Shown here piece after piece: positions 1 to 9,110 of a stretch of DNA of 64,000 bases. The DNA comes from a virus, in the IMG/VR virus record IMGVR_UViG_3300035228_001078; one strand, 5' to 3'. The position numbers were made by a program, and so were the translations under genes. The notes below the pieces were generated by a model that was given only the letters and a program-made list of their open reading frames with translations, did no database searches and had not been told where the DNA came from. Numbering within the stretch: position 1 is the first letter of the stretch; each line of letters opens with the position of its first letter.

Positions 1-74
1 TCTTGATCTGAGACACACACGAAACGACGCTTGCAAATGTCTACAAGGACGCACTCGATGTATTCTTCGTTCAT
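1..74 (-). CDS. 5' part of a hypothetical protein running off the window (MNEEYIECVLVDICKRRF...)
   Basis: ATG at 74-72 just downstream of a promoter-like element; frame open to the window edge. Confidence 0.5.
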   Translation of the reverse strand, partial: MNEEYIECVLVDICKRRFVCVSDQ

Positions 75-97
75 GGGGCTTGTTTGTTTACTTGTAT

Positions 98-138
98 ATT
101 ATAGCAGGTCCATGCATGGAAGGGAAGAGGGGGTGGAC
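98..138 (-). promoter_or_regulatory. early-type promoter, GTCCAC-N29-TATAAT
   Basis: TATAAT at 103-98 and GTCCAC at 138-133; same architecture and spacing at 60378-60418. Confidence 0.6.
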
Positions 139-143
139 AGTCC

Positions 144-461
144 CTAGACTGCCTCAGCAATGACAGTGATGTTACCAGTGTCTGGTTCTTCAAACACACC
201 AGTAAGAGTGTAGCTAGATCCACCTAACCTTAATGTTAATGTTCCGTCTACTACCAGGTTGCCCCTGATAACAGTATTGCCAGATACAGATAAAGAACCT
301 CCAACATCAAGATCGCCTTCAATATCTACATCAACGAGACCGCTAATACTACCACTAATAGATGCACCGTTATTAAGTTTTACTGCCTGATCAAATTCAC
401 ATTTGTGACCAAAAGCACTGCCTTCGTCACCGCTTCTAAATTTTGTTCTTTGTAGTGGCAT
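144..461 (-). CDS. small beta-helix/bactofilin-like protein, probably part of the baseplate spike
   Basis: repeated V/I-x-G-x-L-x-V strands; last gene of the gp5 block. Confidence 0.5.
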   Translation of the reverse strand: MPLQRTKFRSGDEGSAFGHKCEFDQAVKLNNGASISGSISGLVDVDIEGDLDVGGSLSVSGNTVIRGNLVVDGTLTLRLGGSSYTLTGVFEEPDTGNITVIAEAV

Positions 462-1186
462 TATGATCCTGAGTTAAAGAAATTATCGAGCCCTGATGCA
501 AAGTCAGCCATATCACCTAATCCACCAATACCAGTGGATGAGAGAACACTATCTGCAACAAAACCACCGATGCCTCCACCAGCGATAGAATCAAATGCTG
601 CTTGTCCAAATCCAAGAACTGTTGGTGATCCAAATGGTCCAAGAGCTGATTCAATTAGGTCACCAGGAACAAAAGAACCAGCGAACATGTTCATACCAAA
701 AGTATTTTCGATCATGTTACCTCTCTTACCCTTATTAGCAACAGTGTTTGCCTCAAGTAAGATTCTTGATCCTGCTTTGATATTAACATTACGACCTGCC
801 TGCAAATCAATATCTTGATCTGCCTGCACCATAACATTTTTAGCACGAATCTGAACAATACCCATGTCAGCATTGACAGTGATATTGCCCTGAGCAACAC
901 TGATTCTTAGATCAGCTTTACCAGGTTCATTCTTATCACCAGCGCGAACTTCAATTGTACCATCTGCTGCGATTCTAGTCAATCCACCTTGTGAGTGTGA
1001 AATGACAAAGACATCATCTTTATCATTAACAGCGTATACCTTTACAGCCTCTGGACCTGCAAGTGATTCTTGTGGGTTACCACTATCGATTCTAAAGTGA
1101 GCACCTCTAGAGTCAATAACCCTTCTAGCATGATTTTTTGGTTTATTACTCATATTAGATACAATCGATAACAGATACAATACCAA
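461..1186 (-). CDS. gp5/VgrG C-terminal beta-helix-like spike protein (start probably 1153)
   Basis: periodic short beta strands (NITVNADMGIVQIRAKNVMVQADQDIDLQAGRNVNIKAG); directly downstream of gp5. Confidence 0.55.
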   Translation of the reverse strand: MVLYLLSIVSNMSNKPKNHARRVIDSRGAHFRIDSGNPQESLAGPEAVKVYAVNDKDDVFVISHSQGGLTRIAADGTIEVRAGDKNEPGKADLRISVAQGNITVNADMGIVQIRAKNVMVQADQDIDLQAGRNVNIKAGSRILLEANTVANKGKRGNMIENTFGMNMFAGSFVPGDLIESALGPFGSPTVLGFGQAAFDSIAGGGIGGFVADSVLSSTGIGGLGDMADFASGLDNFFNSGS

Positions 1187-3350
1187 CTTGACGACCGTCA
1201 GGTGACAATCTATCTTTAGGAATTATACCAAAGATAGGTCTTAGTTGTACACCACTTCCCGTATCACTATTGATGACAAGTTGTGGCAATTCCTCATTGA
1301 ATCTGAGGATATTTATTACTGTGACCTTAGAGATTTCTCCACCCTCACCGATCTCAATTTCATAGATCGGTGATGTTGTTCCAATTCCAATTGCTGGACC
1401 AGGGACAATTGGGGTATTAACGGGCAACTCCGGTGGAGAAAGATCGGGATCACCTGGTGGTTCATCGACTCCAATAATAGTTGGAACATCTGGACGAGGT
1501 ATTCTCACCGTTCCAGATGTACTAATACCTGGTAATGTGATTCTATCTCCAGGTGTATATCCTGTTCCACCAATAGTTACGACAACATCTACAATACCAG
1601 TTATATCTCGATCTGGATTATCTTTAGCTGGATAATTCTCTCCTGGGTTATCAATAACAATAGCAATCACTTCTTGATTCTCTACGATAGCTCTACCATA
1701 AGCACCATAACCAATATCACATTTATCTCTAAAGTTGACAAGAGGAGGATAACGGTATCCACTACCAGTGTTTAGAATCTTAGCGCCAACAATCTGACCA
1801 GTTCTTTGAACACCACCAACTAGTTTTCTTAGACCAGGCGTATTGTCAATGAAACTACCCATCAGAACTTCTGCTACAGCACCAGATCCACCACCACCAA
1901 AAATTTCAATGTAAGGACCAGTACAATTTCTTCTAGGTCCAACATAACATCCACCTGGAATGGCACTGTTGCCTGCAGATGGTGTCAGATTACCAGAAGA
2001 ACCACCTACTGTGTTGCCTGTTCCAAATATATCCCACTTACCATACTGCCTCTCAAAATCAGATGCAAGGTTACCTACACTACGAGAGAAGTTCATAGCG
2101 TTCATCACATAATCAAATGGATCTTGCCCTTTCTCTCTACTACTACCACCAACAACATATTCTTTATCTTGTGGGCACTTACCTTTATTTGACTGATTGC
2201 AATCAAGAAATGCACCAAGATCATATAGATTACTAGCAGCACCTAACAAGAAGTCTGCTACCTTAAAACCAGGTGCAATAATTTTAGCGACAGTATCCAA
2301 AGGACCCGTCATTGCACTCTCAATCTCATCAATAATTTTATTTACAAATGCACCAGTAAACTGAGCTCCAGCACATCCTGCATAATGTGTTGCCTCATCA
2401 AAGAAATCATAGAGAAGATCTTCAATCGTTCCAGATAATCCTTCAACAACTTTGTTGGCAACACAAGCAAGAGATTCTTGTAAAAAACTTACTGGTCCAA
2501 GTAATGCTGTTTGTGCAGCAACACCAGCAAGGTGTGCAGCAGTTCCTGATCTAGTTGCCGCGAATACTTTCGCATAAACAAATTTATAGAGTTTAAGTAA
2601 TCCTTGCTTACCAAGACCTTCCAACTCACTGAACAGATTGTTCATCAAGTTGCCAACAAACTTGTTAGCTTGTGCCTCAATGATATCTGCAGCAATACTA
2701 ATCTCACCAGAGAGTCCTGAGATAGCACCTGTCAGTTGTTCTACCTTCATTCCAAGGTTCTCAACGACATTCGCCATCTTTGAGATAGGATTCGGTCGGC
2801 AGGTATCTGCGACTAGAATTACTTGACCAGTACCAGCTTGATCTTTTGCTTTTCCTTGCGATGCACTACTAGGTGAAGGTTGTGATTTTTTATTCTGTTC
2901 GTTTGTTTGATCAGTTTCAACCTTAGCGTTCTGTGGTGTTACATCAGTGTAACCAGTAGCAGGTTGGAATGGTCCCGCAGTACTTGTATCCGATACTTCT
3001 GATGTTCTTCCAAAGTGCCCAATAATCATGGGAACTTGTGCTTCATCTCCGTCTAGGAAGAAACCAAATACAGTGTCATTAGGTTGTAATTGTGGAGACT
3101 GTGCATAGTTTGCTCCACCACTTCCTGCGGTGACAGGTAGCATTACCTGAGCATATGGGAGGTCTTGATCACCAACTTCCTCCGTAAATGGGTGATAACC
3201 CATAATACGAACTTTGTAGCGATTGCCCCATCCATCTCCAGTAGAATTTTGGGTAACCTGAGCTTGTCTAGGAGCGATCTGTCCGATCCACCACCTAAAC
3301 CCATCCCTACCTACAAATGAACTTTGCCCAAGTAAAGCGTTTTCTATCAT
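1155..3350 (-). CDS. gp5: baseplate hub/central spike gp5 (OB-fold N-terminus)
   Basis: GFRWWIGQI, RYKVRIMGYH, LPYAQV and VFGFFLDG..AQVPMIIG are gp5 OB-domain motifs; baseplate synteny. Confidence 0.85.
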   Translation of the reverse strand: MIENALLGQSSFVGRDGFRWWIGQIAPRQAQVTQNSTGDGWGNRYKVRIMGYHPFTEEVGDQDLPYAQVMLPVTAGSGGANYAQSPQLQPNDTVFGFFLDGDEAQVPMIIGHFGRTSEVSDTSTAGPFQPATGYTDVTPQNAKVETDQTNEQNKKSQPSPSSASQGKAKDQAGTGQVILVADTCRPNPISKMANVVENLGMKVEQLTGAISGLSGEISIAADIIEAQANKFVGNLMNNLFSELEGLGKQGLLKLYKFVYAKVFAATRSGTAAHLAGVAAQTALLGPVSFLQESLACVANKVVEGLSGTIEDLLYDFFDEATHYAGCAGAQFTGAFVNKIIDEIESAMTGPLDTVAKIIAPGFKVADFLLGAASNLYDLGAFLDCNQSNKGKCPQDKEYVVGGSSREKGQDPFDYVMNAMNFSRSVGNLASDFERQYGKWDIFGTGNTVGGSSGNLTPSAGNSAIPGGCYVGPRRNCTGPYIEIFGGGGSGAVAEVLMGSFIDNTPGLRKLVGGVQRTGQIVGAKILNTGSGYRYPPLVNFRDKCDIGYGAYGRAIVENQEVIAIVIDNPGENYPAKDNPDRDITGIVDVVVTIGGTGYTPGDRITLPGISTSGTVRIPRPDVPTIIGVDEPPGDPDLSPPELPVNTPIVPGPAIGIGTTSPIYEIEIGEGGEISKVTVINILRFNEELPQLVINSDTGSGVQLRPIFGIIPKDRLSPDGRQVGIVSVIDCI

Positions 3351-3577
3351 CAGTCTTCATATACCAGACATTCTGGTTCCGATGGGTTAGCATCACAATA
3401 CAATTCCAACGGTGTGGGATCGTGATGATCACCTGCGTCAATCTCTGACTTATGATGTTCTACATAGTCTTCTAATTCATGCAGCTCAACTTCGACATGA
3501 CGCCGCATTTGTGGCGATGTTGTTGAGTTGTCAAGGATCTCTTTATCCTTGTTAATGTGTTGCTCGATACTATCCAT
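3350..3577 (-). CDS. cp12: CP12 Calvin-cycle inhibitor
   Basis: C-terminal ELYCDANPSEPECLVYED signature; 75 aa. Confidence 0.92.
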   Translation of the reverse strand: MDSIEQHINKDKEILDNSTTSPQMRRHVEVELHELEDYVEHHKSEIDAGDHHDPTPLELYCDANPSEPECLVYED

Positions 3578-4886
3578 TTTTTGGTTTTCCTCTGAGTCCG
3601 TGTGAATCTCTAATTACCCGCATAGCGGTATATGACTGATTTGGAAGGAGATAATGGGTCATCTCTTTGATAATATATAGTCCACTAAGTTGATTGTCCC
3701 ATTTACCTTTCTTTTTATCAGATACATCTGGGAAGTACAAATTGATCACATCACCCGCATTTAAGTTGGTATTTATTGGCACCGTAAGTGCCAATTGTTG
3801 TGACATAATTGTACTATACCGTGTGATTGATTGTGCAATATGATCTCCTGGGAAATCATTTATATCGGTGTTGACATCTCCCTTTTCACCTCCAAATGTT
3901 CCTCTACTAAGAATTTGAGTAATTTGACGAGATCCAAGGAAGTTAGCTGGTATATTATCTGGTTGTAGGTAATCAGGTAGTTTATCCTTCTTGCCTAGTT
4001 GTTGAGATGGTTCCTCATTAAATCTAGACACGATGAACTGAAATGTCACTGGGTCAAAAAACATTCTGTGAGATGAATACTCGCCCTTCGCCAAATTACC
4101 AGTAACATCATTGTCTGAAATGAGATTCCAAGTAAGAATGTTTGTAGCATTCTTAAGGTCATTATCTAGAGAGGTGCTGAGAGTCTGGACATAGCGATAC
4201 TGCTGTACACTATCCTTCTGCTGAACACCAGCCTTTATTATACCGTCTGGAGAGAGAAAATTAAACCCTGTGTGGGTTTGCCAAAAAAAGAATCCAGCAC
4301 TCTTACTCTTAGAATCTACAGGAATAGATCTCTTTGCTAACATTGTCAGCAGAGTAAATGGCTTTCTTAAGTTACCAAAAAAGTTATATGAGTTTTCTGT
4401 AGGTTCTAAAACATCAATCTTGACAGTTCCAAGATATTTCATAATAGATGCTACAGATTTATCAATAGTTTGGTTCTTAAAAAGAATAGGAACTCTTACC
4501 TGTTCATTGATAAATGCTTCTTTAGAAACTAAGTGAAGATCAAATACTTCTGATTTTTTCTCAGTATATACATTGCTTATACCATTAACATACATCTCAA
4601 GTTTACTAAAGACTTGCTTCCCCTTTATAGCTTTTTCGACAGGGGTATTAAACCCAATAATTACTTTTTCTCCACCCCTAATTGGTAGACCGTTAAAGAC
4701 ACCTCTTGACCCATCAATAACTGTACCAGTACTGGTAACTCTTACCTTTGCTGTATAGATTGGGGAAAATATATCTTCAAAGTACTGAAACTCAATGATG
4801 CCACCGATCAGACTGACGGTTGTTTTACCGTCATTAGATGTAATATCAAATTTACTATAGACCGATGGTCCGTTTGCGGCTGCCAT
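3570..4886 (-). CDS. baseplate hub protein (gp27-like)
   Basis: YFEDIFSP, GFFFWQT..GFNF, L.AGDVI and SGLYII..MTH motifs of gp27/gpD-type hubs; position upstream of gp5. Confidence 0.65.
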   Translation of the reverse strand: MAAANGPSVYSKFDITSNDGKTTVSLIGGIIEFQYFEDIFSPIYTAKVRVTSTGTVIDGSRGVFNGLPIRGGEKVIIGFNTPVEKAIKGKQVFSKLEMYVNGISNVYTEKKSEVFDLHLVSKEAFINEQVRVPILFKNQTIDKSVASIMKYLGTVKIDVLEPTENSYNFFGNLRKPFTLLTMLAKRSIPVDSKSKSAGFFFWQTHTGFNFLSPDGIIKAGVQQKDSVQQYRYVQTLSTSLDNDLKNATNILTWNLISDNDVTGNLAKGEYSSHRMFFDPVTFQFIVSRFNEEPSQQLGKKDKLPDYLQPDNIPANFLGSRQITQILSRGTFGGEKGDVNTDINDFPGDHIAQSITRYSTIMSQQLALTVPINTNLNAGDVINLYFPDVSDKKKGKWDNQLSGLYIIKEMTHYLLPNQSYTAMRVIRDSHGLRGKPKNG

Positions 4887-6577
4887 TAGGTAAACTGGCT
4901 ATTGTATCTTTTTATCTTTGCGAGGATGTCCCCATCTGGTAACACTGGAAAATTAGGAGTGTTAGTAGATCCACCACCTCCCGCTATAACCGTAGTTCCA
5001 CCACCCTTATTTAGAGGAGGTAATGGGAAGGGAACAGTGATAATCTTAGGATTGGCAGAAAGATTGATGTTTGCTGGAGGTCCGACAGTTGGATCAGGAC
5101 CAATGGGATTATTCTTTCCACTAAAGTCTGTCATAAATTGATTATCACCGTCACCACCTCTCCAAGATGTTCCTGGCATTCTTCCATTTGCATCAGCTGC
5201 AACATCAGTAGCGGGATTACCATCACTATTGACTGATCTAATTGTTGCTGGACTACCTCTGAACTGTGTTGCTCCTTTTACAAGTTCTGCTGCTTTCTGT
5301 CTCATGGATTGATTTCTCATATCCTTTATAGTTTGTTCAATATCAGTAACAGACACACCAGCCCATCGGGCAGCTTCTTCTGCAGTAGTAATTTTTCTAA
5401 ATGCACCAGCATCTCTTGCTATTGATACTCCAGCAAACTGTCCACCTGCAGCTAAAACATTAGTGTAGGACTGCCCATTTGCACTTGCTCTATTAGCAAC
5501 CACTTGTAAAACATCAATGGCAGCTTGACCTTTTGCACCCTCAGTAAGTAAACCAGCAGCAACTCTGAACTCTTCACCAGTGCCACTAGTACCTTGAGTC
5601 TGTGTACGAGGTATTACTGTGTTTTGTGGTTGTACTGTTGGTTTTGGTTCTGGTTCTTGAGTAGTACTGCCACCAGTGTTCACCTCAGGTGGTGGTTCAT
5701 TTTTAGTGGATGGTTGATACTGAGGAGACTTAGAGATTGATTGTAACTGTTTGGTCGCATCTTTCATCCCCTCGTCATACTGTTTGTTAGTAATCTCTCC
5801 ATCTTTAAGTTGCTGTTTGAGACTCGTAATTGATTTTTTTACCGAATCAACAGTCTGCGGTTTTTGTGCTGGATCACCTTCTTCAGTTACATTTTGACCT
5901 TGAGATACGGTCTCTGGTACAGGTGGCAGCCCCATTCCAGCTCTAACTTTATTAAATTCTTCAGCACCAGCATCTCTCATCTCTTTGATAGTTTTTTCTA
6001 TCTTATCAGTAGTCTGAAAGAAATCTGTTTTTGTTTTCTCTACTGCAGATTGTGCCTCATCAATTTCTCTCTTAAGTTTACCTTCACTATCAGTGAAATC
6101 AAAGTTCTTAATATTCTCTACACCTTGTTTAACAACATCCACCATCTCCGAAAACGCATTTTTCAAATTATCAACAAACCTCAACGCACCGTCAAAGGTT
6201 TCCTTGATAATTGATGCTACTTTTTGTGCGTAGAATATAATTTCTGGCAGTTTTGTTACTAAGAATCCCAGTAATAATGCTCCAGCAGCTCGTAACAGTC
6301 CACCAAAGAAACTTTTTGTTCCTGACATGGCACCTCTTATGCCACTAGTCAATTTTTTCATCGGTTGCTTAAGCAACTCTATTTTATTTTCTTGCTCGTT
6401 CTTCTTTCTATTATCAGCAATTACATGCTCTAGTGTCGTAACTCTACTATTTCTAGTCAGATCTGCACGAACACTCTTACCCAAAGATTTTCGGATACCT
6501 TGAGTAGTTTGCCTTACCGCAAGTAAACCAAAATCAACAATATCTAATGCTTCTGTTGTTGGGATAAAATTATTCAT
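4886..6577 (-). CDS. tape-measure/hub-associated protein with C-terminal SleB-like cell wall hydrolase domain
   Basis: helical N-half; LLTEG...IDVLQVVANRA...YTNVLAAGGQF resembles the Hydrolase_2 motif. Confidence 0.55.
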   Translation of the reverse strand: MNNFIPTTEALDIVDFGLLAVRQTTQGIRKSLGKSVRADLTRNSRVTTLEHVIADNRKKNEQENKIELLKQPMKKLTSGIRGAMSGTKSFFGGLLRAAGALLLGFLVTKLPEIIFYAQKVASIIKETFDGALRFVDNLKNAFSEMVDVVKQGVENIKNFDFTDSEGKLKREIDEAQSAVEKTKTDFFQTTDKIEKTIKEMRDAGAEEFNKVRAGMGLPPVPETVSQGQNVTEEGDPAQKPQTVDSVKKSITSLKQQLKDGEITNKQYDEGMKDATKQLQSISKSPQYQPSTKNEPPPEVNTGGSTTQEPEPKPTVQPQNTVIPRTQTQGTSGTGEEFRVAAGLLTEGAKGQAAIDVLQVVANRASANGQSYTNVLAAGGQFAGVSIARDAGAFRKITTAEEAARWAGVSVTDIEQTIKDMRNQSMRQKAAELVKGATQFRGSPATIRSVNSDGNPATDVAADANGRMPGTSWRGGDGDNQFMTDFSGKNNPIGPDPTVGPPANINLSANPKIITVPFPLPPLNKGGGTTVIAGGGGSTNTPNFPVLPDGDILAKIKRYNSQFT

Positions 6578-8202
6578 GAATCAAACATTGCTGCTGTAAA
6601 ATCTCGATAGAAATTATTAGAGTCTGAAGTAAAGATATTTGGGATATTCATATCTGCTATGGTTGTGGTGGGGAAGGATGTCATCGAAGGCTCATCTTCA
6701 GATTCAGTTGTGAATGGAAGAATGTTTAAGTTAATATTATCGTCCATATCAGCAACATCTAGATTGCTTGCCTTGGCAAAGTTAAAACCTTTGATTGCAC
6801 TCTGAGTATCATCCATACTAAATTTTAGCATGTCTGGTGCTCCACCTCCAGATGCTGGTGTTGAGGAAACTTGCTGACTTTGAGTTTGAGTATCTGAGGA
6901 CTGTGGAGCAAGAAGATTATCTGGCGCGTTCTTCAATGTATTCATTCTACTTTCTACTCTATCAATAGATTTCGCATCAAAATCTGGGAAGTCTCCAAAA
7001 CCAAAACCTTTGAATCCAGGATCAAGTGTCTTTTTGAAGAATCCAGCATCTCCACCCATAACAAAGGCAAATGTCTCTCTTCCTTGTGGAGATAAAGAAC
7101 TTCTTTGACTCTTGATAAAATCTTGAGAAGCAGAAATCTGCTTACCCAATTGTTCCATCTTTGCCTTCAGCTTTTCTTTCTCATCAGGATCAGTTGTCGA
7201 ATCATGTGCTAACTTAGTAACATCATACATCTCCCTATAATTTTTTATCTTCGACATCGCTGCTCGCATGTTATTGAACAGTGCCTTATCTGCCTCCGAT
7301 ATATTCTTACCAAGAACATATGCATATGGACCTTTACCATCCATAGCTTCTCTTATTCTATCCATCTCCTGGCGCATTTGCTGCCGCTCACCTTTAACAT
7401 CAAACATCCCGTGTTCTTGGAGATGATCTTCATGGAGTTTTTCTAACTCTCTTAGTGTTGCTTCTGGTCCAACTGTTGCCATTCTTCTCTGCACTTCTTT
7501 AGAAGTTGGATTATAGCTTTCAAAACCACTGGTCTTTTCTAATAAGTAATCACTCAATGCTAATCCACCAAGAGCAACTGCTGCTCCAAGCCACACATAT
7601 GGGTTTACAATTAGACCAAAAATAGCAGGCAAAGCTCCTAAAATAGTTCCAGCTAATGCTCCAGCAGCACCTAGAATCAAACCAATGCCACCATTAAGAG
7701 CAACAAATATACCAGCGCCGACAGCGAGTGCTTGTATTAAATCATTCTTTAAAGCTTCTAATGATTCTTTGTCGCCCTCTGCCCATGCAGTCAAAGCGTC
7801 AATCGCTTTCATTCCGACAAATCCAAAGAACAGAGCTTTGAGAGCATCCATGATTTTCCCAAATGGACCCTGAATCTTCTGCTTCATTACCTCAATAGGT
7901 TTGATGAGAGAATTCTTTATCTTTGTTCCTAAGTTAGATTCTACATCTTGTATTCTTGACTCTTGTCGTTCTTGCCGTAATTGTTTCTCGTCTGCTTTAT
8001 CTTCTGATGCTTCTTGAGTATCTCTTCGTATTAAAAGATCAGCAATCGCTCTAAGATTGCTTCTGATCGCTAAAATATTTTTATTAAGACCGTTATACTG
8101 CTTCTCAGAGACATAACCAGCAGGAACCCCAGGGTTTACTACAGTTCCCTCTGGTGTCCCTGGTTGCCCTGGTGGAAGTAATTTTGTACGATCAATTGCC
8201 AT
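6574..8202 (-). CDS. tape-measure-like protein (gp29-like)
   Basis: coiled coil plus a long Gly/Ala hydrophobic segment; position after gp26/gp51. Confidence 0.55.
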   Translation of the reverse strand: MAIDRTKLLPPGQPGTPEGTVVNPGVPAGYVSEKQYNGLNKNILAIRSNLRAIADLLIRRDTQEASEDKADEKQLRQERQESRIQDVESNLGTKIKNSLIKPIEVMKQKIQGPFGKIMDALKALFFGFVGMKAIDALTAWAEGDKESLEALKNDLIQALAVGAGIFVALNGGIGLILGAAGALAGTILGALPAIFGLIVNPYVWLGAAVALGGLALSDYLLEKTSGFESYNPTSKEVQRRMATVGPEATLRELEKLHEDHLQEHGMFDVKGERQQMRQEMDRIREAMDGKGPYAYVLGKNISEADKALFNNMRAAMSKIKNYREMYDVTKLAHDSTTDPDEKEKLKAKMEQLGKQISASQDFIKSQRSSLSPQGRETFAFVMGGDAGFFKKTLDPGFKGFGFGDFPDFDAKSIDRVESRMNTLKNAPDNLLAPQSSDTQTQSQQVSSTPASGGGAPDMLKFSMDDTQSAIKGFNFAKASNLDVADMDDNINLNILPFTTESEDEPSMTSFPTTTIADMNIPNIFTSDSNNFYRDFTAAMFDS

Positions 8203-8371
8203 TAGCTTGTTGTGCCTTTAAATTCTGTTCTTCAATGTGTGATTGCAACAGAGTTAAATAGATCTCTCTTTCCCAAGGGATCATATTTTCAAGTTCACTC
8301 AAGCTATATTTATGATGCTGCACTAAGGCGAAATTGATCTTGTAATATGATACAAGATCCTCATGCAACAT
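8192..8371 (-). CDS. gp51: baseplate hub assembly catalyst gp51-like, 59 aa (not in ORF track)
   Basis: own translation MLHEDLVSYYKINFALVQHHKYSLSELENMIPWEREIYLTLLQSHIEEQNLKAQQANGN; the MIPWEREIY motif is typical. Confidence 0.85.
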   Translation of the reverse strand: MLHEDLVSYYKINFALVQHHKYSLSELENMIPWEREIYLTLLQSHIEEQNLKAQQANGN

Positions 8372-8373
8372 CG

Positions 8374-9087
8374 CTAACTGAAAAAACTCGCTAATCCCTC
8401 AAGTACTACAGCATTTTCTTCGCCAGTGTTTGGGTTCTCAACAACAATAGTATGACTAAGCTTAGGCATAGTCTCAAAAAACCTCTCAACTTGTTTAAAC
8501 TGAGCTGAATTTAACTGTTCAATGAATTGAATCAATTCTTTCTTTGTGCTATCTTTTGCTTCCCACGATTCTTCTTCCGAAAAAATCTGGTCAATACTAC
8601 CAGCAATCACATCGAATGACTGTTCTAGTTTGTCACCAGCACCAAAGTTTTGCGCGATAAACTCACTTAGAGACGGATATCTCATACGCATTGTCAGTGT
8701 ATCATCCAGTTTAATATCTGGATTGTGATCTTCGTGATACTTGATTTTAATCTCATCAATAGCAATACTTACAGGAACTTTTGTAGTTCCATCGTCTTGA
8801 CAAGTAATGAGCAAGTCAATGGTTTCTCCAACAGACTTACCACGAACATTCAAGAACAGGTACTCAATGTCAAAAGTAGATAGTTTATCTACTTTGATGC
8901 CACGAGTCAAAATACATGACGAAAGGACATCTTTAATAGCTCTTCCAATATCAGAGAGATCATCACTCTCCATTGCCATGATAAGAACTTTTTCTTCTTT
9001 AACGAGAAAAGGTCTATATTTTACTTTTCTTTTTGATGATGGCAGTGTCAACTCATAAGTTGGTGTTGCAATCGTTGGTAAAGGCAT
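8374..9087 (-). CDS. gp26: baseplate hub subunit gp26
   Basis: MPLP..ATPTYEL.LPS, YRPFLVKEEK, FDIEYLFL..RGKSVGE, EGLASFF. Confidence 0.9.
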   Translation of the reverse strand: MPLPTIATPTYELTLPSSKRKVKYRPFLVKEEKVLIMAMESDDLSDIGRAIKDVLSSCILTRGIKVDKLSTFDIEYLFLNVRGKSVGETIDLLITCQDDGTTKVPVSIAIDEIKIKYHEDHNPDIKLDDTLTMRMRYPSLSEFIAQNFGAGDKLEQSFDVIAGSIDQIFSEEESWEAKDSTKKELIQFIEQLNSAQFKQVERFFETMPKLSHTIVVENPNTGEENAVVLEGLASFFS

Positions 9088-9110
9088 GATGTATTATGTC
9101 AGTGGGTTAT

